DNA of 62,293 nt, the filler included, from Nemertoderma westbladi (taxonomy: Eukaryota; Animalia; Xenacoelomorpha), in NCBI GenBank assembly GCA_032718475.1. It is 3 parts of 3 records of this genome, joined end to end, with 100 filler letters (N's around TTAATTAATTAA, not from the genome) between each part and the next. Parts side by side here need not be neighbours in the genome. Positions count along the whole stretch, not along the records: positions 31,964 to 54,763 come from JAUCBJ010004273.1; positions 54,864 to 62,293 come from JAUCBJ010003808.1; 1 more part is not named here. One strand, 5' to 3'. Below, one piece after another: positions 52,666-62,293 of the stretch (the stretch's first letter is position 1; the number at the start of each line of letters is the position of its first letter). A model generated the notes under the pieces. The model saw nothing but the letters and a program-made list of their open reading frames with translations. It searched no databases and was not told the origin of the DNA. A program made the position numbers and the translations under genes.

Positions 52666-54564
52666 CTGTCGGTTCGTTATCTGCTGTCAGCTGTTGGTTG
52701 TCGCTGTCGATTGTCGGTTGTCTGCTGTCCTTAGTCTTCTGTCGGTTGTCTTTGTCTGCTGTCGGTTGTCTGTGTAAAGTTTACACCCTGGCCCAAGGAT
52801 TTAATTCAGATAAAGAATTACAGAGAACAACGGCAATGCTTTACCGGTTATTACCAGTAGGACTACCGGTCCGGTACTACAGTACGTTCTAAAAACCCAG
52901 ATAAATCGGGATCGTAACTAGTTCGTCAGTTTGTGGTCAGGGGTCTGTATGGAATCCATCCAAAAAGAGCACCGGATAGCGCGCCGACCAATTTTTATGC
53001 GCGCCGCGCGCCGATGCAATTTCGAAGCAAACCCCGGGCCGACGAAATTTTTAAGCGCGCCGCACATTGAAACAATTTAATTTTGAAGAGCGCCGCGCCA
53101 ATCCAATTTGCAATTTCAATTTTGAAGGAGTGTAACCAGTCTGCCAATGTCAGTACTGCTGTACCTGTAGGCCCACAGCAGTAACCATGCAACAGAAAAA
53201 AAGAAAGGCAAGCGTAGCGAGCCGGAATTTTTAAACAGCTAATGCAATTTTTAAGGAACTTCCGTAATTGTTAAACCAACAAATCGGCGCCGGTTATTAA
53301 TTTTGGGAGCGCCACGCACCAAAACCGGTGTGCTTTACGATTTTCGAGCGCTTTTATTGTAAAGTGTATGGACTAAAGTCTCGGTCGGAGGTTAAATTTC
53401 ACTAAAAAATCTCCCAGTGTAGTTTCACCACCGGTGCCCGGTTAAAATACCCTAGTGCCTAGTGCCAGTTCTATCACATTTGAAGCACAGTGACAAACAC
53501 CTTTCCCCAATGGCCATTTTTGGACCAATTTGTCTCAAATTTCACACATACACTCTCTGACCTATGTGTAACTTCATGGAAAAAATTAAATTAGGGTAAT
53601 TTTCCGCTTCGAGCAGCACGATTGAAAATCATGAGTTTATGGCTTTTTTCTCGAAAAGTCAATTTTTGCCTGTTTTCAAATGTGCACCATTGCCTCAATT
53701 TTCCTTCAATTTGCCGGAAAATCTACAGACAGACACCCCAGGTCGTGTATTTAATGTGGTGTAAATTTTACGGCTGCAGAGGACGATGTGCCCTTCGCGC
53801 AGCACGTGCAAAAAACTGTATTTTCTAGAGAAATACTTAACTTAATATGAACACTGTCAGACAGACTGAACGTAATCAGGATCGAATGTAACATAGTTAT
53901 TTGGAATCGAACGTAACCGCAATTATGTTACATTGGATCTATAAATTACTAAGCCCGAATGTAACATACATTTATTTTTGTTCTATCTATTTATAATATT
54001 TGTTTTAATTTCAGGGATTAACTGATGAAACGCGTCTTCGTTTATTTAAAGGAGGATAAGAAACGGATTCTCAATGATAACCTTAGAGTTGGGTAATTTA
54101 GAATCAGTAAGGGAAAGGAGCAGGTTACAATGGCACGTTATTCTAACAATACAATAAACGAAAACATAATAGAATATGTTACGGTTTTATTTTTGAAAAG
54201 AGTACAGTCATCTGTTATTTCTGTATGTTCGAAGTAACCTCCCCCCCCCCCCCCCCCCCCATTCCCAACGCCAACCTAAATGATACAGTATGAATGATTA
54301 TGTACGTACTGTATGTATGAAATAGTGTAATTCATAAAATTTAATACAGTGATTAGTTATTTAAATTTGTTTCGGCAAATATTTGACTAAAGGAAAAATA
54401 TACGTGAATATTGTTATTAAAATTGAATTTGATTATTTTGATTTTAATTTGATTATTGAAATCATATGTTATTTGCGTCGAATATCCCCCCCCCCCCCCC
54501 CCCCCCTCCCAGTCCAAACCTAAATTATACAGTATGTATCATTATCTATGTATGAGTGGATATG

Positions 54565-54763
54565 ATGCTGGGTGGAGGAAAGGTTTGTGTGGCTGTAGGG
54601 TGGTGCTGGGTGGAGGCATGGTTGGAATGTCTGCAGGGTGGTGCTGGGTGGAGGCATAGTTGGTATGTCTGCAGGGTGGTGCTGGGTGGAGGAAAGGTTG
54701 GTGTGTCTGCAGGGTGGTACTGGGTGGAGGCATGGTTGGTATGTCTGCAGGGTGGTGCTGGGT
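54565..54763. repeat. 38-bp G-rich tandem repeat GGGTGGTGCTGGGTGGAGGCATGGTTGGTATGTCTGCA, cut by the contig end
   Basis: About 5 copies read directly. Confidence 0.9.
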
Positions 54764-54863
54764 NNNNNNNNNNNNNNNNNNNNNNNNNNNNNNNNNNNNN
54801 NNNNNNNTTAATTAATTAANNNNNNNNNNNNNNNNNNNNNNNNNNNNNNNNNNNNNNNNNNNN
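54764..54863. other. Artificial contig-join spacer
   Basis: Same N/TTAATTAATTAA/N block as at 31864. Confidence 0.97.
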
Positions 54864-57800
54864 AGTATAGGAAGTTAGTAGCTCAGAACGCCGATGGATA
54901 TAGGAAGTGAGTAGCTCAGAACGCCGATGGATATAGGAAGTGAGTAGCTCAGAACGCCGATGGATATAGGAAGTGAGTAGCTCAGAACGCCGATGAGTAT
55001 AGGAAGTTAGTAGCTCAGAACGCCGATGGATATAGGAAGTGAGTAGCTCAGAACGCCGATGGATATAGGAAGTGAGTAGCTCAGAACGCCCATGGGTATA
55101 GGAAGTTAGTAGCTCAGAACGCCCATGGGTATAGGAAGTTAGTAGCTCAGAACGCCCATGGGTATAGGAAGTTAGTAGCTCAGAACGCCGATGGATATAG
55201 GAAGTGAGTAGCTCAGAACGCCGATGGATATAGGAAGTGAGTAGCTCAGAACGCCCATGGGTATAGGTAGTTAGTAGCTCAAAACGCCCACGGGTATAGG
55301 AAGGTAGTAGCTCAGAACGCCGATGGATATAGGAAGTGAGTAGCTCAGAACGCCGATGAGTATAGGAAGTTAGTAGCTCAGAACGCCGATGGATATAGGA
55401 AGTGAGTAGCTCAGAACGCCGATGGATATAGGAAGTGAGTAGCTCAGAACGCCGATGAGTATAGGAAGTTAGTAGCTCAGAACGCCGATGGATATAGGAA
55501 GTGAGTAGCTCAGAACGCCGATGGATATAGGAAGTGAGTAGCTCAGAACGCCGATGAGTATAGGAAGTTAGTAGCTCAGAACGCCGATGGATATAGGAAG
55601 TGAGTAGCTCAGAACGCCGATGGATATAGGAAGTGAGTAGCTCAGAACGCCCATGGGTATAGGAAGTTAGTAGCTCAGAACGCCCATGGGTATAGGAAGT
55701 TAGTAGCTCAGAACGCCCATGGGTATAGGAAGTTAGTAGCTCAGAACGCCGATGGATATAGGAAGTGAGTAGCTCAGAACGCCGATGGATATAGGAAGTG
55801 AGTAGCTCAGAACGCCCATGGGTATAGGAAGTTAGTAGCTCAGAACGCCGATGGATATAGGAAGTGAGTAGCTCAGAACGCCCACGGGTATAGGAAGTTG
55901 GTAGCTCAGAACGCCCATGAGTATAGGAAGTTAATAGCTCAGAACGCCCATGGGTATAGGAAGTTAGTAGCTCAGAACGCCCATGGGTATAGGAAGTTAG
56001 TAGCTCAGAACGCCGATGGATATAGGAAGTTAGTAGCTCAGAACGCCGATGGATATAGGAAGTGAGTAGCTCAGAACGCCGATGGATATAGGAAGTGAGT
56101 AGCTCAGAACGCCCACGGGTATAGGAAGTTAGTAGCTCAGAACGCCCATGGGTATAGGAAGTTAGTAGCTCAGAACGCCGATGGATATAGGAAGTGAGTA
56201 GCTCAGAACGCCCATGGGTATAGGAAGTTAGTAGCTCAGAACGCCCATGGATATAGGAAGTGAGTAGCTCAGAACGCCCATGGGTATAGGAAGTTAGTAG
56301 CTCAGAACGCCGATGGATATAGGAAGTGAGTAGCTCAGAACGCCCACGGGTATAGGAAGTTAGTAGCTCAGAACGCCTACGGGTATAGGAAGTTAGTAGC
56401 TCAGAACGCCTACGGGTATAGGAAGTTAGTAGCTCAGAACGCCCACGGGTATAGGAAGTTAGTAGCTCAGAACGCCTACGGGTATAGGAAGTTAGTAGCT
56501 CAGAACGCCCACGGGTATAGGAAGTTAGTAGCTCAGAACGCCTACGGGTATAGGAAGTTAGTAGCTCAGAACGCCCATGGGTATAGGAAGTTAGTAGCTC
56601 AGAACGCCTACGGGTATAGGAAGTTAGTAGCTCAGAACGCCCATGGGTATAGGAAGTTAGTAGCTCAGAACGCCCATGGGTATAGGAAGTTAGTAGCTCA
56701 GAACACCCATGGGTATAGGAAGTTAGTAGCTCAGAACGCCCATGGGTATAGGAAGTTAGTAGCTCAGAACACCCATGGGTATAGGAAGTTAGTAGCTCAG
56801 AACGCCTACGGGTATAGGAAGTTAGTAGCTCAGAACGCCGATGGATATAGGAAGTTAGTAGCTCAGAACGCCCATGGGTATAGGAAGTTAGTAGCTCAGA
56901 ACGCCCATGGATATAGGAAGTGAGTAGCTCAGAACGCCCATGGGTATAGGAAGTTAGTAGCTCAGAACGCCGATGGATATAGGAAGTGAGTAGCTCAGAA
57001 CGCCCACGGGTATAGGAAGTTAGTAGCTCAGAACGCCTACGGGTATAGGAAGTTAGTAGCTCAGAACGCCTACGGGTATAGGAAGTTAGTAGCTCAGAAC
57101 GCCTACGGGTATAGGAAGTGAGTAGCTCAGAACGCCCATGGATATAGGAAGTTAGTAGCTCAGAACGGCCATGGGTATAGGAAGTTAGTAGCTCAGAACG
57201 TCCATGGGTATAGGAAGTTAGTAGCTCAGAACGTCCACGGGTATAGGAAGTTGGTAGCTCAGAACGCCCATGGGTATAGGAAGTTAGTAGCTCAGAACGC
57301 CCATGGGTATAGGAAGTTAGTAGCTCAGAACGCCCATGGGTATAGGAAGTTAGTAGCTCAGAACACCCATGGGTATAGGAAGTTAGTAGCTCAGAACGTC
57401 CACGGGTATAGGACGTTAGTAGCTCAAAACGCCCACGGGTATAGGAAGTTGGTAGCTCAGAACGTCCACGGGTATAGGAAGTTAGTAGCTCAGAACGCCC
57501 ATGGGTATAGGAAGTTAGTAGCTCAGAACGCCCACGGGTATAGGAAGTTAGTAGCTCAGAACGCCTACGGGTATAGGAAGTTAGTAGCTCAGAACGCCCA
57601 CGGGTATAGGAAGTTAATAGCTCAGAACGCCCACGGGTATAGGAAGTTGGTAGCTCAGAACGCCCACGGGTATAGGAAGTTAGTAGCTCAGAACGTCCAT
57701 GGGTATAGGAAGTTAGTAGCTCAGAACGTCCATGGGTATAGGAAGTTAGTAGCTCAGAACGCCCATGGGTATAGGAAGTTAGTAGCTCAGAACGTCCACG

Positions 57801-59080
57801 GGTATAGGAAGTTGGTAGCTCAGAACGCCCACGGGTATAGGAAGTTAGTAGCTCAGAACGCCCATGGGTATAGGAAGTTAGTAGCTCAGAACGTCCATGG
57901 GTATAGGAAGTTAATAGCTCAGAACGCCCACGGGTATAGGAAGTTGGTAGCTCAGAACGCCCACGGGTATAGGAAGTTAGTAGCTCAGAACGCCCATGGG
58001 TATAGGAAGTTAGTAGCTCAGAACGTCCATGGGTATAGGAAGTTAGTAGCTCAGAACGTCCACGGGTATAGGAAGTTGGTAGCTCAGAACGCCCATGGGT
58101 ATAGGAAGTTAGTAGCTCAGAACGCCCATGGGTATAGGAAGTTAGTAGCTCAGAACGCCCATGGGTATAGGAAGTTAGTAGCTCAGAACGCCCATGGGTA
58201 TAGGAAGTTAGTAGCTCAGAACGCCCATGGGTATAGGAAGTTAGTAGCTCAGAACGCCCATGGGTATAGGAAGTTAGTAGCTCAGAACGCCCACGGGTAT
58301 AGGAAGTTAATAGCTCAGAACGTCCACGGGTATAGGAAGTTGGTAGCTCAGAACGCCCACGGGTATAGGAAGTTAGTAGCTCAGAACGTCCATGGGTATA
58401 GGAAGTTAGTAGCTCAGAACGTCCATGGGTATAGGAAGTTAGTAGCTCAGAACGCCCATGGGTATAGGAAGTTAGTAGCTCAGAACGTCCACGGGTATAG
58501 GAAGTTGGTAGCTCAGAACGCCCACGGGTATAGGAAGTTAGTAGCTCAGAACGCCCATGGGTATAGGAAGTTAGTAGCTCAGAACGTCCATGGGTATAGG
58601 AAGTTAATAGCTCAGAACGCCCACGGGTATAGGAAGTTGGTAGCTCAGAACGCCCACGGGTATAGGAAGTTAGTAGCTCAGAACGCCCATGGGTATAGGA
58701 AGTTAGTAGCTCAGAACGTCCATGGGTATAGGAAGTTAGTAGCTCAGAACGTCCACGGGTATAGGAAGTTGGTAGCTCAGAACGCCCATGGGTATAGGAA
58801 GTTAGTAGCTCAGAACGCCCATGGGTATAGGAAGTTAGTAGCTCAGAACGCCCATGGGTATAGGAAGTTAGTAGCTCAGAACGCCCATGGGTATAGGAAG
58901 TTAGTAGCTCAGAACGCCCATGGGTATAGGAAGTTAGTAGCTCAGAACGCCCATGGGTATAGGAAGTTAGTAGCTCAGAACGCCCACGGGTATAGGAAGT
59001 TAATAGCTCAGAACGTCCACGGGTATAGGAAGTTAGTAGCTCAGAACGCCCATGGGTATAGGAAGTTAGTAGCTCAGAAC
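54864..59080. repeat. 33-bp tandem repeat GTATAGGAAGTTAGTAGCTCAGAACGCCCATGG, ~128 copies
   Basis: Read directly. The 611-aa (VAQNAHGYRKL)n ORF is a by-product. Confidence 0.98.
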
Positions 59081-60072
59081 TTATAATTTATATTTTTCCT
59101 AAATTTGTCCTAAAGTTTACTTAACTAAATTCATATTAAATGATATTATCTACTTATACTTATCTATCTACTTATTATCTACTTACAGGTTCGCCTGCGA
59201 ATTAGCGGCTACTTTGGCTCAGAGTATTCTAACCACCCCACCTACCATGACCAAAGAACCCCCACCGCACACGAAATTCCGTAAAAGATTACGTCACGCC
59301 CTTAGCGTCAATACCAGTAATCTGCTACACACAGTCACCTTCCTATGTCAAGGTATTATCTGAAACACCTGTAACAATTATGGGGCCGTTTCGGACAAAG
59401 GGGGGGGGGGGTGATGGGTGTGTAAACACTGCAGCGATTGTGTTTTTTTTTAATTTTCAAAATTCTTGGAAGGTTGCTGGTGACAATATAAGATTGGTCT
59501 GTTTCTACCAATCGAACCACTGCACTGACCAAAGGCCTAGGTACACCTGATGCCATGATAATAGTAATAATTTTTTAAAGCAGAAATCAACAAGCAATAC
59601 ACTACATTTTTTGGTTTTCTAACCAAAATAATGATTTTCGAATCGTTTATAAGAATTCGACAGTGAACATTTTGAAAAAAAATACAGTGAAAAAACCGTG
59701 ATATAATTTATGAACGGGCCCTACCTAATATCAAGTGTGATCGTAAGAAATAATAATTATGAACTTAATATTATGTTTCTTTGTTAGTTTTCTGAAACTA
59801 TATTTCGTTATTGTTCTTGGTGTTCTGTTTAAATGTTCCAAAAAATTTTAAAATAATTTCAGTTGCTGATTACCAATTTATTTCAATAATTTGCCTTTTG
59901 AGTTTCAGTTTGCTAAATAATTTCAGTTTCAGTGTTCAGCTCTATGTACAGCAATAGCAATGTCTATTTTGTAGACAGTTTTCGCTTTTATAGACGTAAA
60001 ATCTGTAAGTTAAACTTTAACTTAATTAACTCGACCATAAAGCTAAACATGAATATTTAATTTAATAGCCTT

Positions 60073-60246
60073 TAAACATTACTTTATTCTCCATTAAATA
60101 TTACTTTATTCTCCACTAAATATTACTTTATCCTCCTCTAAATATTACTTTATTCTCCACTAAATATTATTTTATTCTCCACTAAATATTACTTTATTCT
60201 CCTCTAAATATTACTTTATTATCCTCTAAATATTACTTTATTCTCC
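60073..60246. repeat. 22-bp tandem repeat TAAATATTACTTTATTCTCCAC, ~8 copies
   Basis: Read directly. Confidence 0.93.
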
Positions 60247-61624
60247 TACCTTTATACGTTTAGTCCTTTCGGAAAGAACCGAGTTTCGTAATCTGTCTTA
60301 CCGAATTGGTCTGTTTGGTCTCGAGTTGCCTAGGTTACCTGCTACAACAAAACTTCTCGAAGTGAAGATGTCTCATCAGGAATCCGAATTAGCTCAACTG
60401 TTAAGAAAGGTAATTAATTAATTAATTAATTAATTAGACTATTAGGTTAACTGTGGAGCCTTTTTTTTTTCGTTGACTAATTTTTGTGGGGCTGAACCCC
60501 GATTCTTTCGCATACCATAAAAATATAATAGTTGAATTTAGGTCAAATTAAGGGGTGACAAAAACTTTATTTCCAATAAATAAAATATAATTTTATGCCT
60601 TATTGAGTATTGTGGAAAAATAAGATTGAAATCAAAAATAAGAATTCTGCCTCACCTATTATAGTTACCAGTTAGTTCCCCTGGAGTCCCAGGCGTGGAA
60701 CCAACCACTATTAGGAAATACAAGACGACAGGAGAGGCTGTTGCAACAAGGGCTTAGAGCTCCATCCCAATAGTCGTATTCAGGTGCCTGTAGAAACTTA
60801 ATCAGATGAGTAGTAATGGTATACCGTACTTCTGCGACAGTTGGACCCACTTCACACCTTAGGTGTGAAGTAGGTCATTAATTAATTAATTAATTGGTCG
60901 ATTAAACAATTAATTAATTGCTTAATCGATCGATTTGTATCAAATAATGTTGCCAAAGGCAATTTAATTTGATACAAATCAATCAGATAGGGATGCGCGA
61001 TGAATATGTAGATACTGCAGTACTACAGTAGGAACAATAATATACAGTACATTTGTATTATTTTTGTCATACAGTAGGTAAATGTAGAATGAAATAAAAA
61101 AGATGCGTCGAGGCCCAAAACATAAATTACCCTTTCAGGAAAATACGTGGGCCAGTTTGGCCTTGGCTCAGTCCCCCAATAATCTGAGACTGTTGGGCTA
61201 TAAATTATTAGACGTTGCAAGATTAATCCCATTGAATCCTATACTGTATGTCAACGCGTAGGTGGGGGTTGCATCGAGCTGAAAATTATTTAAGCCTCCA
61301 GCTTCGTTATCATGTAAGATTGGTAACCATAGGTTTACGACTTACGCGCCAGCATTCGCTCAATAGCACATAGGTTAACTACAACCATTAATTACCACAC
61401 ATACGACCATTGTCAAACACGTCGCCAGTAGAAAACGTGTCAGGATTGTCTCATTTAAGGAAGCCGCATCGATATCGGAAATCTAATTATAGTATCGGTA
61501 ATCATTTTCAGTATACTGTATAATTAAATAGGGCCCTCTTTTAATACATAAGCGTTAATACATAAGCATAATACAGTTTATCTTCAATTTATTTAATTTG
61601 TTTTTATTTACAACCCTAATTGTT

Positions 61625-62293
61625 CTACTACTACTACTACTAGGTCGAGCGAACTCGGACAGTGGAAATGAGATCCTTCCAGGCTTCCCGATTCTCCATA
61701 GTTGTCGCAATTTCGTTTCTCCTAAGTTCAGTATCCCTTTCAAGTTGATCTATATATGTTATGGCCGGTCGTCCACCCACTACGCCTTTCCATGAGTTGG
61801 TTGCCATAAAAGTAGATCTGGTATGACCTCGTCTTTACTTCGCCAGCATTGCCCACTGAATCTTAATCTGCGTTCACGGAGGGTGGTTGATACAGGTGGT
61901 ATTGTACCATAAAGCTCGGCGTTTGTCATGTGTTGTCTCCAGCTGATGTTTAGGGCTGCCCTTAGTAGTCTTGTGTAGCAACCATCAATTCGTTGTTCAA
62001 GTGATTTAGTCAGTGTCCAGGTCTCACCCCCATATAAAAATACACTTTCCACTGTGGCTCGAAAGAACTTAGTCTTCAGGTGCCTGGAGAGATCTGATTT
62101 CCAGATGGTATCCATTTTTGATAGAGCTACCCAAGCCTTTGCTTTCCTAACTTCTATTTCTTTTTTGCTACTCTCTATCCATGATCCAAGGTACTGGAAG
62201 TCATCGACCTTCCTTAGTTGATTATTATCAATGGTTGTCAAGTTTCCATCAACATTAAAGGTCATGAATTCGGTCTTTGTAGCATTTATATGC
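61625..62293 (-). mobile_element. 3' part of RTE family A LINE, runs off the window end
   Basis: Near-identical to 27341-28002, with a (CTA)n tail at 61625-61642. Confidence 0.95.

Noticed and set aside
57251-59086. 611-aa repeat ORF, and TAGCTCAG resembling a tRNA A-box
   Set aside because: The same repeat carries in-frame stops further left. There is no B-box or cloverleaf.

Overview
Repeat-dense eukaryotic, probably invertebrate, genomic DNA. It is made of three contigs joined by artificial N-TTAATTAATTAA-N spacers (31864-31963, 54764-54863). Most long ORFs in the track are artefacts of tandem repeats (27, 16, 12, 49, 53 and 33 bp units). Real content: (1) two diverged members of a pol-less BEL/Pao-type Gag+protease retroelement family. 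Copy 2 (42851-52665, minus) has near-identical 772-bp LTRs and no tRNA-type PBS. Copy 1 (~5.7-16.3 kb, plus) has an RTE reverse transcriptase inserted in frame after its protease, an array of hairpins whose stems co-vary with copy 2, and a downstream intronless DEDDy (EXD1/Egalitarian/Mut-7/WRN-like) exonuclease-fold ORF with three CCHC knuckles. (2) Two RTE LINE families with (TAG)n tails. (3) Nested DNA transposons with readable TIRs and TSDs: Merlin, Sola2-like, two Foldback/MULE-like, plus several MITEs. (4) One host exon missed by the ORF track, encoding an ABCG transporter membrane-domain segment (19556-19694). The best candidate for a new system is the pol-less Gag-PR element coupled to conserved RNA stem-loops and a probable pseudo-exonuclease/zinc-knuckle protein.
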